Source: Candidatus Latescibacterota bacterium (GTDB lineage: Bacteria; Latescibacterota; UBA2968; UBA8231). From it: DNA of 64,000 nt. Of this stretch, positions 30,434 through 40,363 are shown piece by piece. The stretch is from positions 6,656,001-6,720,000 of the forward strand of contig OZ244561.1 of the NCBI GenBank assembly GCA_965217585.1. Direction: 5' to 3'. The stretch's first letter is position 1, and every line of letters starts with the position of its first letter. Made by a program: the position numbers and the translations under genes. The notes beneath the pieces are model-generated. The model saw only the letters and a list, made by a program, of their open reading frames with translations. It made no database searches and was not told the origin of the DNA.

Positions 30434-30436
30434 ACC

Positions 30437-31198
30437 CTACTGGTAGGACTCGGTGCGGTCGCCGCCATTGACGCTTATGTGCTGCCCTGTCACGTAGCTG
30501 GCCGTCGGTGAAACCAGAAAGACCACGACTGCAGCCACCTCTTCGGGGCCACCGGCTCGGCGCATGGGAATACTGCTGAGAAACTGGGCCCGCACTTCCG
30601 GCGTCCGCCGCGCCAGTGCCCCGCGCCCCATCCCCGCGTCGATGATCCCCGGCGACACCACATTGACGCGGATGCCGTGCTCGGCTTCCTCTTTGGACAA
30701 CACCTTCGTCAGGGCCACGACTCCCGCCTTGGTAGTCGCATACGCGGCCGAACCGCCCGGCAGCGTGTTGACCACATTCGAGGCGATGTTGACGACCGCG
30801 CCGCCGCCTCGCGCCCGCATCAGCGGCAGAGCGGCCTTACACATATAGAGGACGCTATTGAGATTGACATCGAGCACCCGGTGCCAGTCCGCCAGCGCCA
30901 TATCGGCCACGAACTGCCCGCCGATGGTGATGCCAGCGTTGTTGACCAAAATATCCAACCCACCCAACTCCCCAGCCACGCGCTCAACCAGCGATTGCGC
31001 AGCCTCCGCCTCGGTTATATCGGCCGCAAAGGCAGCCCCGCCCAGCTCGGCGGCGAGCGCGTGGGCAGCGTCCTTCTGCGTGCGGTAATGCAGGGCGACT
31101 GTAGCGCCCTCGGCGGCCAAGGCGCGGCATATCGCTTGGCCAATGCCGCCAGCCGCGCCGGTTACTAGGGCGATGTGACCGTGAAGAGACGTGCTCAT
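30437..31198 (-). CDS. SDR family oxidoreductase
   Basis: TGAAGGIG, NNAG and YATTK motifs. Confidence 0.92.
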   Translation of the reverse strand: MSTSLHGHIALVTGAAGGIGQAICRALAAEGATVALHYRTQKDAAHALAAELGGAAFAADITEAEAAQSLVERVAGELGGLDILVNNAGITIGGQFVADMALADWHRVLDVNLNSVLYMCKAALPLMRARGGGAVVNIASNVVNTLPGGSAAYATTKAGVVALTKVLSKEEAEHGIRVNVVSPGIIDAGMGRGALARRTPEVRAQFLSSIPMRRAGGPEEVAAVVVFLVSPTASYVTGQHISVNGGDRTESYQ

Positions 31199-31276
31199 AG
31201 GGGTTCGATCTCCGACAAAAGGATTTCTGAAAAAAAACGGCGCATTCCGCTGTCGTCCACGCGCCCCGGAGCGGAT

Positions 31277-31993
31277 TCAGGCTCGTTCGGCGCGGTGTTG
31301 GGCGACCATTTCCGCCATGCTTTTAAAACGGAAATCCGGTTCCACCGCCTTCTGTGGTGGTGCTGTCGCGCCGCCACACTCTGCACGCCGGTCAATCCAT
31401 GCCGTCGTCAGTCCGATTGCCTTGGCCGGCACATGGTCGTGGAAGAGGCTCTGCGCGACATGCAGGATGCTGCCGGGAGCGCCGCCGAAGCCCGCGGCCA
31501 CCCGTGCGAGGAGGAATTCAAAATTGGCTGGCGACGGTTTGTATGAACCTATTTCCTCGGCGGTAAGGACCGCGTCCCAAGGATCGCCGAGGCGAGCGGC
31601 GCTCCCCCGATAGCTGGTGCGGTCGCAATTAGTGAGGGTGATCAGCCGATGGTGGCGTTTCAGATAGGCGAGCGATTCGGCCGCGTCGGCAAAGGCCGGC
31701 CAATCCCCGACCGACTGGCCGAAGCGGATGCTCTCGGCATCGTCGGGTTCGACGCCCCAGTTCCGGGCCAGCGTGCGGTGGGTGGCTGCCAGAAGATCGG
31801 CGTAGAGCAGGTCGGGAGTGGCCGCTTGGCAGGCGGATTCCACCTGCGCGAAGGCTGCGAGGGCCGCTTCGCGAGTCGGTGGATCGGCTATACGCGCGCA
31901 GAGCGGTTGCAGCGCATCCCAGATGCCCGTCTCCCAGTCGATCAGGGTTCCGTAGGTGTCGAAGGTCAGTATCGGAAAGTCGCAGAGGCGCAT
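31277..31993 (-). CDS. HAD family hydrolase (haloacid dehalogenase type II-like)
   Basis: FDTYGTLIDWE, SYKP and HVAQSLFHD motifs. Confidence 0.9.
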   Translation of the reverse strand: MRLCDFPILTFDTYGTLIDWETGIWDALQPLCARIADPPTREAALAAFAQVESACQAATPDLLYADLLAATHRTLARNWGVEPDDAESIRFGQSVGDWPAFADAAESLAYLKRHHRLITLTNCDRTSYRGSAARLGDPWDAVLTAEEIGSYKPSPANFEFLLARVAAGFGGAPGSILHVAQSLFHDHVPAKAIGLTTAWIDRRAECGGATAPPQKAVEPDFRFKSMAEMVAQHRAERA

Positions 31994-32033
31994 GGGCGTT
32001 CTCGCAGGGCTATGGCGTTGGGAGTGGTTTCAA

Positions 32034-32134
32034 TCAATCTGCGACCAATCGGTAGGAAAGATTTTGGTCGTAGAGGAGTCTCATGCCGAAGAAATAGACA
32101 TAAGCCGGCGCTCCCGATCCGCAGCAAAAGCCAA
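32034..32134 (-). pseudogene. Junction remnant of a DUF433 antitoxin / DUF5615 PIN toxin module
   Basis: LAFAADRERRLMSISSA* overlaps (ATGA) with MRLLYDQNLSYRLVAD*. Confidence 0.7.
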
Positions 32135-32135
32135 A

Positions 32136-32490
32136 TTACCCCCTCATCTTCGCGAAGGCTCCTGCCCTCTCATGTTCCAGAATAGCTGCCGTCCTCTCCA
32201 GTTCAGCCACAACCTCATCGTCTGCCTTCTCGTCTCGAAGGCGGCACCCGAGTTTCGTCCAACCCCGGACCCCTGTCCATCCGCTCCTGTAGAACAACGC
32301 GAAGCATCTGCGCCTGCAGGCCGACAGTATCCCGCGCACCCATCTCCTCGAAGCGCAAGGCAAGTTCATCCACGTTGCTCCGGTCACCCAAACCACTGCC
32401 TGCCTTGAGTTCCATCAACGCCTCGTCAAGCAGTTCACCGAACTCCCGAAGCTGTGCATAGATGTCTGAATACAATCCTGTGGCACTCAT
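32136..32490 (-). pseudogene. Frameshifted helical hypothetical gene of about 117 aa
   Basis: MSATGLYSD...ERMDRGPG joins WTKLG...ERAGAFAKMRG* if one G is removed from a G4 run near 32263-32273. Confidence 0.6.
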
Positions 32491-32573
32491 TCGCTCTCGT
32501 CCTCTTCTTCACTGCTGAAGTCCAAGGCATCCTCATCGTATTCGCTGGCGTCCTCACCGATGTGGATCCATGT

Positions 32574-32686
32574 GCCCGGCCGATAAAAAAAAGATGCCCA
32601 AGGCTTGTGGAAAACTTCGGTCACTCTGCCTCTGAGCAAGCACGAATACCGCTTTGTAATCCATGGCCAGTGGCGCGATGATCCGC
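32574..32686 (+). pseudogene. Internal fragment homologous to the CBM48 gene at 38797
   Basis: Aligns to 38899-39010 with 13 mismatches and one extra A. Confidence 0.85.
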
Positions 32687-32690
32687 GACC

Positions 32691-33992
32691 TCAACGCGCA
32701 GTCTCCGCCTCATCAGACAACGAATCGTCTGCGCCCTTTATGTCGTAGGTCGTTTCCGTATAGGTTATGACCTTCACGCTCCGCCCCGTCCTCTCATTGA
32801 CGATACGACAGCTAGGACAGTTCGGCCCTGTACGCTCGATCCGATGCGGCGTCAGTATTCCTTGGACGGCCTCGTAGTCCTCGTATGTCGTCGTCCAAAC
32901 AGGGGGCCGCCGGTGATACTTCTGGCGATAGTCCCTTTGTTCGGCAGCGGTCAGCCCGTCTCGCGTGGCTACCAACAGTCCGGTGCTGCGCGAAAAGAGC
33001 GCGTCGTAATAGTTTCCGTACAGGGCATCGTCCACCCGGATGACGTCAGTCAATCTATCGCGGAACCGTTCCGTCTGTATGTATCGCAAAACGACCCCGT
33101 CGCCGAAAAAACGGTCGATAAAATGCCAGCGGCGCATCTCGCCCATTTGGCGCGATTGACGGCTTGCGGGTGTTAGGAAGTCCCACCGCAGATTGAACAG
33201 GCGGTAATAGCGGCTCAGCGACTCGGCTGGGTTGCGCATCCCGCCCCCCCTATCGGCGGCAACGGCCTGCTCCCTTTTTTCCTCTAAGGAGATGTCGGTA
33301 ACTTCGCCCCATCCTTTGTAGTGCCGGTTGGAAACGGGATGTAAATAAGGCTTTACCTGCAGGACCTCCCGACCCGTCCGGTGATCCCAGGCCTTGATCG
33401 ACATTTTAACCCGAGCCCCCTTAATGGAGGCCAAAGCACGGCGCCCCCCCATCGCGGCGATAGCCCGCTCTACGATCTCTTCGGCGCGCTGGCGGCTCTT
33501 GTATGCAGCAGTTCCCGGCGTTACGGCCGCAACGCGAAAGCGCACGTATTGTTCCGCCTGTTTCGCTCGCTCGCGCACAGCGCGCAACGCCAGTTCGTTG
33601 AGATCTGGCATCTCTACGGGCGGCGCTTGGAACTCACGTGCCTTGGCTGCCACTTCGATAGTATCTATCGCCAACTCGGCAAAGGGCGTGATGATGGGCA
33701 GTTTCCCGACGCCGACGACCTCGGGAATCGATTCGGGCGGATCGGGACTCTCGGGGCCCGCCGGCAACTCTAGGCGTTCTAGGCGGTGCTGCAATAGCCG
33801 CGGACTATCCGCTGTGAAGGCAGCGGGTTTGGGCATCACCAGAACCGGCGGCGGCAGCCGCAACACTTGCACCTTGAGGCCCGCTGTGTCGCGCCCAGGC
33901 GGAACGATCCAGAGCAACAACAAGTGCAATGCCGCGGACAGGACGAAAAACGGAACGATCCGCCAGCGATTCTTGGGTGTTCGACGATCCAT
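32691..33992 (-). CDS. Hypothetical membrane-anchored protein
   Basis: N-terminal TM helix (SAALHLLLL), a Pro-rich linker, then an ERAIAAMGG motif seen in exported proteins. Confidence 0.65.
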   Translation of the reverse strand: MDRRTPKNRWRIVPFFVLSAALHLLLLWIVPPGRDTAGLKVQVLRLPPPVLVMPKPAAFTADSPRLLQHRLERLELPAGPESPDPPESIPEVVGVGKLPIITPFAELAIDTIEVAAKAREFQAPPVEMPDLNELALRAVRERAKQAEQYVRFRVAAVTPGTAAYKSRQRAEEIVERAIAAMGGRRALASIKGARVKMSIKAWDHRTGREVLQVKPYLHPVSNRHYKGWGEVTDISLEEKREQAVAADRGGGMRNPAESLSRYYRLFNLRWDFLTPASRQSRQMGEMRRWHFIDRFFGDGVVLRYIQTERFRDRLTDVIRVDDALYGNYYDALFSRSTGLLVATRDGLTAAEQRDYRQKYHRRPPVWTTTYEDYEAVQGILTPHRIERTGPNCPSCRIVNERTGRSVKVITYTETTYDIKGADDSLSDEAETAR

Positions 33993-34028
33993 TTATCCAA
34001 TCGCGATCCGTTAAGAGGTGCCCTCTGA

Positions 34029-35318
34029 TCAAGGTGTTCCGCCGTGCCCCGCCGCCAAGTAATCCTTCAGCAGTTGCGCGATTTTCTCGGCTGCCTCTTG
34101 GCACAGCGGGGCCATAGGCTGCTTACCGCCCAGAGTAGATTTCTGCACCGACACGCTCAGAGGAGGGATCTGTTCAAAAAGAACTCTTCTTTCCGACAGA
34201 CGAATTAACCACACGCTGATTTCGGCGACGCTAGTTGCCTGGGGTCCAGCACCGTAAGTGTGCCAGAAATTGAGTGCCGTAATGTCGAAAACCAATTTGT
34301 AGTCGCCTCTCCAAGGAAAATGCCGCATGGGCGACTCGCCAATCTGCTCGACTAGTGCGGACACCAGCGACTGGTGGAGATCGGCCGTCTGCTCTCTTAT
34401 ATACGATATATCAAGCGTGCCGAAATAAGCGAAAAAGGGACTGTCGTGCAGCTCATCCCCTCGGGCGGTAAACCGTTCCAACTCCCGTTCGAGCTGATGG
34501 GTACTGCGCCCCGCAATAAGAAGCCCCGACTCCGCTGGCACTTGCGCGACGAATTCGCTATTTCCCGCAGGCAGCGGTGGTGGCATGCCGCCGCCCTCAG
34601 GGGCGGCCTCGGTCGCATCGTCGGCGACAACCGAGTGCAGGATCGCCCGGTGTGTTTCCTCCAATAAGGTCTGCGCTAGGACAGGCATCTTCTCCTCGGG
34701 GAACGACGCTGCACTAAACGAATACCATTTTTCTACAATCTCTCCGCTCCTGCGATCCTTTAGCTCGTAGCGCGCCATAAGACCGCGCTGGCTGACGATC
34801 TCCCGCTTACTCGTTTCCGCTACCCATGCGGGAACGGATACATCGACAAATTCTTTGGCCATTATGCTCTCCTTCTCATGGCGAGCAAACCAAGCCCCGT
34901 ACATATTTAGCTCGTACGCCGGCTTTAGGTTGTAGGACAGGGGATCTTCGTAGCGCGTGACGTGTTCAAATAGCCCTAGACCCTCCGCTTCCTTCAACAG
35001 TTTCCACTCCAAACCATTGGCCTCCCGATTCGTGAGTGGGGTAAAGGCCCTCTCGGCTCCACGCCACGAGTACGGATCGGAATCCCTTGCTAGGACCAGA
35101 ACTGCTATGTTCCTTTCGTTCAGGTCCTTGGGCGTTCTACCGCCGCCGCTTATAGCGCAGCCGTACAGACAACAAACTGCAACCGCCAAAAGGACGATCA
35201 AATGGCCGTATCCTGCATGGTTGCGGTGCCACGAAAACAAAGGCCGCATAATTGGCATCTCCGATTGGCATCTCCGATAAGTGAATAAGACGTTTGAACA
35301 AAGCACGTCTACGAGCAA
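34029..35318 (-). CDS. Hypothetical lipoprotein (true start probably near 35249)
   Basis: Long ORF with a hydrophobic stretch and a LYGC lipobox. Confidence 0.6.
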   Translation of the reverse strand: MLVDVLCSNVLFTYRRCQSEMPIMRPLFSWHRNHAGYGHLIVLLAVAVCCLYGCAISGGGRTPKDLNERNIAVLVLARDSDPYSWRGAERAFTPLTNREANGLEWKLLKEAEGLGLFEHVTRYEDPLSYNLKPAYELNMYGAWFARHEKESIMAKEFVDVSVPAWVAETSKREIVSQRGLMARYELKDRRSGEIVEKWYSFSAASFPEEKMPVLAQTLLEETHRAILHSVVADDATEAAPEGGGMPPPLPAGNSEFVAQVPAESGLLIAGRSTHQLERELERFTARGDELHDSPFFAYFGTLDISYIREQTADLHQSLVSALVEQIGESPMRHFPWRGDYKLVFDITALNFWHTYGAGPQATSVAEISVWLIRLSERRVLFEQIPPLSVSVQKSTLGGKQPMAPLCQEAAEKIAQLLKDYLAAGHGGTP

Positions 35319-35454
35319 TCCTCCACGGTCGTAGGATTAGTAGTAAGTACATATTGCAATCTGCGATGTATTGCAAACAGCCTCTGCTCAACTATCCACT
35401 CGCGGGTTGCCAGAGCCGATTCCTGCCGAGCGGCTACATATCCTCGTTTTCCTG

Positions 35455-35500
35455 TTGACTCTGAAATACTCATGAGTATTTTAGAGTATAATCTAAAATA
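35455..35500 (+). promoter_or_regulatory. Promoter region with two overlapping palindromes (putative operator)
   Basis: TTGACT; perfect 18-bp palindrome aaatactcatgagtattt (35464-35481); tattttaga-gtataa-tctaaaata enclosing TATAAT. Confidence 0.55.
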
Positions 35501-35530
35501 ATAACACAACAATCGAGAAAGTCGGCAGGG

Positions 35531-36670
35531 ATGGAGCAGCGCTATATCAAAAATAGTATTGAAGCAGATATTGCGGACAGGATGGTATTCATCGGTGGGC
35601 CACGCCAAGTTGGCAAAACGACCCTCGCACTATCTCTACTGGATCGAGGCCAAGACGAGTCGTCGCCAGCTTATCTAAACTGGGATGTGTTGGCCGATCG
35701 CGAGGATGTCCTGGCAGAACGACTTCCCGCTGGTCAGACCCGCGTCATTTTTGACGAGATTCACAAGTACGCACGCTGGCGCAACCTGATGAAGGGATTG
35801 TTCGACAAGAACAAGAGCGCCGTTTCCTTTATCGTCACTGGCTCGGCGCGTCTGGATTACTATCGCAAAGGCGGCGACTCCTTGCAGGGACGGTACCACT
35901 ACTACCGGCTTCATCCGTTCACGGCGATGGAGTACGGGCGGTCACCCAATGATGCGCTCGTGGAGCAATTACTCAGGTTTGGCGGTTTCCCCGAGCCTTT
36001 TCTCAGGGGCGAGGTCCGCTTTCAGCGTCGGTGGCTGCGCGAGCATTCCGCAAGAGTCCTCTATGAAGACCTCCGCGATCTGGAGAATGTCCGCGAGGTG
36101 TCCATGCTAGAACTGCTGCTGTCGCACTTGCCGGCGTGCGTGGGCTCCCCTCTTTCGGTCAACAGCCTCAGCAAACTGCTACAAGTGGCGTACGAAACCG
36201 TCGAGCGCTGGCTGACGATCTTTGAGCGGCTGTACCTGTGCTACCGCATTCCGCCGTTTGGGGCCAAGCGGGTCCGGGCTGTCCGCAAGGAGAAGAAGCT
36301 GTATTTCTGGGACTGGTCGCGCGTGGCCGATCGGGGTGCCCGATTCGAGAACATGGTGGCTGGCCACCTGCTGAAGTACTGCCACTATGTCGAGGACACC
36401 GAAGGGCATGAGATGGAATTGCGCTTCATTCGCGATACCGACAAGCGCGAGGTGGACTTCGTCGTTCTCCGCGATGGCAGGGCGGAATTCGCCGTAGAGT
36501 GCAAAAGCGGTGAGCAAAGCGCTGCGCCCGCCTGCCGCTACTTCAGGGAGCGGACCGATATTCCACGGTTCTATCAGGTCCACCTCGGCACAAAAGATTT
36601 TGGCAACGCCACCACCAACACGCGCGTTCTGCCGTTTTTAACCTTCTGCCGCGAAGTAGGACTGCCCTAA
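35531..36670 (+). CDS. AAA_14 ATPase + DUF4143 protein
   Basis: GPRQVGKTT, FDEIH, TGSA, GGFP, KLYFWD and EVDFV..AVECK motifs. Confidence 0.9.
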   Translation: MEQRYIKNSIEADIADRMVFIGGPRQVGKTTLALSLLDRGQDESSPAYLNWDVLADREDVLAERLPAGQTRVIFDEIHKYARWRNLMKGLFDKNKSAVSFIVTGSARLDYYRKGGDSLQGRYHYYRLHPFTAMEYGRSPNDALVEQLLRFGGFPEPFLRGEVRFQRRWLREHSARVLYEDLRDLENVREVSMLELLLSHLPACVGSPLSVNSLSKLLQVAYETVERWLTIFERLYLCYRIPPFGAKRVRAVRKEKKLYFWDWSRVADRGARFENMVAGHLLKYCHYVEDTEGHEMELRFIRDTDKREVDFVVLRDGRAEFAVECKSGEQSAAPACRYFRERTDIPRFYQVHLGTKDFGNATTNTRVLPFLTFCREVGLP

Positions 36671-36754
36671 TTCGGTGTCCCAAGGCTTCCTCGTCCCTGC
36701 GATGTCAGGTTCGATACCGCCGTCTCCTGTCGCCCCACATCCTGACGTTCATCG

Positions 36755-37267
36755 TCAGATCCTCTCTACAGGATAATCGGGAAAATACTTATTCCAAGTC
36801 GAGATATTGAAAACGCCACACTTAGCAACGATTTTCCGTTTCCACTGCTTTTTTGCAGGTTCGGGCAGCGCTTCGGACAGCGGAAGTTTCCTTTTAATGG
36901 CTTCGATTCTAGGACCCAGATGCGCTTTAGTCAGTGCTTCGCTAGCAATAAGGATCCAGTAGTCGATTGGTTTATCGACCCTCTTGCATGCCCACTCGTA
37001 GAGAAAGGAATCGCGAAATTTATAGACCAGATCATGATCTAGGCACTCGTTTTGAAAATCTTCAATGAGCGCTTCACGATTCTCACTTGGCGCACGAGGA
37101 TGCTCGAAATCCTTGATTTCGATGAAAGACACCCGATCTTCAAGCTCAACGATAAAGTCCACAGCCTTCATGCAGTAGGATAACCCATGCGACTTGTCAT
37201 CGAATTTCCTGACATTCACGCCGCGAGGAAATGTGATCTGGAGATTGCCTTCCGTTAGAATCGTCAT
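36755..37267 (-). CDS. Small hypothetical protein, PD-(D/E)xK nuclease-like
   Basis: KAVDFIVE...FIEIKD motif; translationally coupled to the upstream ATPase. Confidence 0.65.
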   Translation of the reverse strand: MTILTEGNLQITFPRGVNVRKFDDKSHGLSYCMKAVDFIVELEDRVSFIEIKDFEHPRAPSENREALIEDFQNECLDHDLVYKFRDSFLYEWACKRVDKPIDYWILIASEALTKAHLGPRIEAIKRKLPLSEALPEPAKKQWKRKIVAKCGVFNISTWNKYFPDYPVERI

Positions 37268-38298
37268 TCTTCCTCACCCCTTATACTGCGCTCAATCTCG
37301 CGATCGTACAGGCTATCGAAGGCTTGGGCGATGGCATTTGGATGGATATCCAGATAGGCTTCCGTTGTATGTAAAGCGATCTGACCGTTTTCCAATTCGC
37401 GATAGAGCGAGTGGAAAGCGATTTGGTCCTGCGAATTCATCCGCAAATCCAGCTCCTTGAGGATCACGTAGTCGTGGGTGGCGATAAAAATCTGTACGCC
37501 CATGCGCTGTAATTCGAGGAGGGTTTCGACAAGTGGCCCAAAGAGCTTGGGGTTGAGGTTTGTTTCAGGCTCATCCCAAAAAAGGATAGAACCTTTGGAC
37601 ATCGTTCCGTTCCGGATCAGTCTCCACAGAAGTCCGAGCTTGCGCATCCCCTCAGCGAGGAGCATAAACTCCAGGTTCCCTTGCTCGCTGCTGAGGAAGA
37701 ACTCTTCGCCCTCGGTCGTAACTTCCCCGCCGATTATCTCTTGTAAATCCGCAAGCAATCTGTGATCATGGTCCGTCGGATCACGCGGGGGGGGCAGGTA
37801 GGCACGATGAAGAATATCGGCGTAAATTTCCTCAAAGTGAATTTCGCGCTGTGCATACAGGGAGAGAAAACCGGGCGCATTCGCGAGCATTTCCTTCACC
37901 GGTATATAGACACTTTTGACGGGATGATCGCACCATTCTTTTGCACTGGCGATCGCGGCATCGCCGAAATGCATTGCAAGATTGGGGAAGTAAGCATGGA
38001 TCGACAGGGCATCATCGCGGAAAATCCCGATATGACAATCGATATGATCATGTGAACTCGTTTGCTGTCGTCTGGCTAGTCGGCCGAGGTGTTTAAAAGA
38101 CGGCATGAATACGCTAACGAGCTTTTCCGCGAAATCTGCTTTTGTCTTGCTGATGTCACACGCCGCGTAGGCGACCTTCATAAGATGGGTCTTACCGGTC
38201 CCGTTGGCACCTACGAGCACATTGATGCCTGGAGAGGCAATGAAATCAAGCTCTTCAAAAGCTGTAAATTGACTAAACCGCATTTCTGTGATGGCCAT
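37264..38298 (-). CDS. ABC-type AAA_15/AAA_21 ATPase
   Basis: GANGTGKT, LAEGMRK, WDEPETNLNP and ATHD motifs. Confidence 0.88.
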   Translation of the reverse strand: MAITEMRFSQFTAFEELDFIASPGINVLVGANGTGKTHLMKVAYAACDISKTKADFAEKLVSVFMPSFKHLGRLARRQQTSSHDHIDCHIGIFRDDALSIHAYFPNLAMHFGDAAIASAKEWCDHPVKSVYIPVKEMLANAPGFLSLYAQREIHFEEIYADILHRAYLPPPRDPTDHDHRLLADLQEIIGGEVTTEGEEFFLSSEQGNLEFMLLAEGMRKLGLLWRLIRNGTMSKGSILFWDEPETNLNPKLFGPLVETLLELQRMGVQIFIATHDYVILKELDLRMNSQDQIAFHSLYRELENGQIALHTTEAYLDIHPNAIAQAFDSLYDREIERSIRGEEE

Positions 38299-38344
38299 GC
38301 GTCTTCTCCTCTAGCCGCTTTGGCTCCGCGATGGATGTATAGGC

Positions 38345-38374
38345 AGTATAAAGGGCCTTCTCGCCGTTGGTCAA
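38345..38374 (-). promoter_or_regulatory. Sigma70-like promoter for the ATPase-nuclease pair
   Basis: TTGACC-18 nt-TATACT. Confidence 0.5.
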
Positions 38375-38796
38375 GCAGCCTTTCCGGGAGGCCGTATTAA
38401 TGTGGGTTCGGTTAAAAGAACGCAAAGCCTCCCGCGCCAGCGCCTCTTACGAGCCAACAGAAATCGCGCGGCTCAATACCTTTCTCGACTGTTGTCATGA
38501 TTACCCTCCTATAAATCGGCGTTCCATCCTGCATCATTCCGGTCGGACAGCGTATAGGGCAAATACCAGACCCCGAGATGCGACCGGCTACGCAGACGAT
38601 GGACGACGCAGGAACACACCGACCCGTCCCACTCGCTCAGGCGGCGAACGCCAACTTCGGCTCAGGATCGGGCCGCAGCCGCCGACGTCTCGCCCTAAGC
38701 AAAAAATAAGCCCGCTACCGCCGGCTTATTGACTTTTTCCAAGCATCCACGTTCTTTGATTTTGTTCCCCTTTGACCAACAGAAAAAGGTTCTACT

Positions 38797-39069
38797 ATGT
38801 CGACGACTAACTCTAAAAAACGCAAACTCTTCAAACTTTTAGCCCCGCAGGCGGAAAGCGTTTACTTGGCCGCCTCCTTCAACAATTGGGACCCACAGGC
38901 CCGGCCGCTAAAAAAAGACGCCCAGGGCCTGTGGAAAACTTCGGTCACTCTACCTCTGGGTAAGCACGAATACCGCTTTGTGATCGATGGCGAATGGCAC
39001 AATGATCCGCAGTGTCAGGAGCACCTCCCCAATCCCTTCGGCACCACCAACTGCATTTTGCACGCCTGA
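38797..39069 (+). CDS. Stand-alone CBM48 / AMPK-beta-like glycogen-binding protein
   Basis: SVYLAASFNNW...GKHEYRFVIDGEW..DP...NPFGTTN. Confidence 0.88.
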   Translation: MSTTNSKKRKLFKLLAPQAESVYLAASFNNWDPQARPLKKDAQGLWKTSVTLPLGKHEYRFVIDGEWHNDPQCQEHLPNPFGTTNCILHA

Positions 39070-39180
39070 TTCATCGCGCCTAAGGGCGTGACTTCACCGC
39101 GCCTTCAGGCGTGACAATCCTTCTGCATTTCGACGGGCACGGCACGGGACTCCCCTCGCCGTGCCACGTGCAGGCTTGGC

Positions 39181-40011
39181 TTATTCGCCGTCGCGAGGCC
39201 GGTATTCGCCGCGAGCGTTCCAGCCGGGATACTGCTCTTCCAAGGCGGTGAGCGTCTGGTGGGTGTAGTAGGGGTGGTCGGGCGGAGGGAAGCGGAAGAA
39301 CTGGCGATCAGCGGCAGTGAGGCCGGCGATAAACTCGCAAAAGTGCGGGTCGCGGCCCACGTGGGTGTAGTGCTCAACGCCTTCCCAATAGTGGTCGGCG
39401 CGACCATAGGCGAATTTCCAGATATAGCGCTGGCCGTCGGCACGCCGATAGTCGCTGGCGGCGTGCCAGGAGTAGTTGTGGAAGATGGCTACCGAGCCGC
39501 CAGGGGCGACCATTGGCTCGGCTTTGGTCGGGTCTTGGTGCTGGCCGTCGCCATCGGCGACGAAAAGAGTCGGGGCCTGATCCTCGTCCACGTCTTCGAG
39601 ACAGAACCAGAAGTTGAGTTGGCTGTGGCGATGGTCGGATTCGGTGGGCGGCAGCAGCGAGTTGTTGCCATTGTCGATGTGGAACGTCCTACCCTTGCGG
39701 CCCGGATAGGTGACCAGACCCAGTCCGGGCCGGTAGTGGATTTGGTCGGTGCCGAGCCAGCGTCGGGCGAAGGCGATGGCTTCGCGGTCGACGATGGCGC
39801 GATTGAGGCATTGTTCGGGATAGGGGAAATAGTAGGAGTCGATGCGATCGTCGGGCGGATCGTCCGCGATTTCATCCCAGGGTTTGAGGATGCGGCGGAG
39901 GGCAGCGGCCATTGCGGCGCGTTGGGCTTCGGGGAGGTAGTTGTGGACGATGACGTAGCCGCGTGTGGCGAGCGCTGCGAATACTTCGTCGTTTAGTTTT
40001 TGCTCCTGCAT
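39181..40011 (-). CDS. Phytanoyl-CoA dioxygenase family protein
   Basis: GYVIV, FHID (HxD), LEDVD...PT and a distal WH. Confidence 0.85.
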   Translation of the reverse strand: MQEQKLNDEVFAALATRGYVIVHNYLPEAQRAAMAAALRRILKPWDEIADDPPDDRIDSYYFPYPEQCLNRAIVDREAIAFARRWLGTDQIHYRPGLGLVTYPGRKGRTFHIDNGNNSLLPPTESDHRHSQLNFWFCLEDVDEDQAPTLFVADGDGQHQDPTKAEPMVAPGGSVAIFHNYSWHAASDYRRADGQRYIWKFAYGRADHYWEGVEHYTHVGRDPHFCEFIAGLTAADRQFFRFPPPDHPYYTHQTLTALEEQYPGWNARGEYRPRDGE

Positions 40012-40022
40012 GATGGGTTCCT

Positions 40023-40334
40023 TTAGGCGATGTATCTCTGAATACCGACGACGAGTGCGATGCTCAGGGCCGAGATCAGCGCGACACCGACGAGCGTGAT
40101 AGTCAGAATCTTGCCCATAAGGTAGATCCCCAAGCCCATCAGGACGGTCACTACTCCCATAAGAAAGAGCATCAGCCCTGTCCAGCGAGCCAACCCGTCC
40201 TTATCGGCGACCCGGTCTGGGTTGAGACCGGAGATCAAACCGACGCGTTTCTTAACCCCGATCAGATAGGCGATGACATAGAGCGGCAGGGCGCAGAGCA
40301 GCATGACGAGGAAGATAAATAGGCCTGAGTCCAT
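40023..40334 (-). CDS. Small membrane protein (DUF3784-like)
   Basis: Three TM helices and an LISGLN..V.DK..LARW motif. Confidence 0.7.
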   Translation of the reverse strand: MDSGLFIFLVMLLCALPLYVIAYLIGVKKRVGLISGLNPDRVADKDGLARWTGLMLFLMGVVTVLMGLGIYLMGKILTITLVGVALISALSIALVVGIQRYIA

Positions 40335-40363
40335 CTGGGTATCCTTTCATGGGTTGGGAGTCG

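Noticed and set aside
38409-38498. Short minus-strand ORF MTTVEKG... with a strong RBS, possibly an antitoxin remnant
   Set aside because: Only 28 codons and no family could be assigned with confidence.
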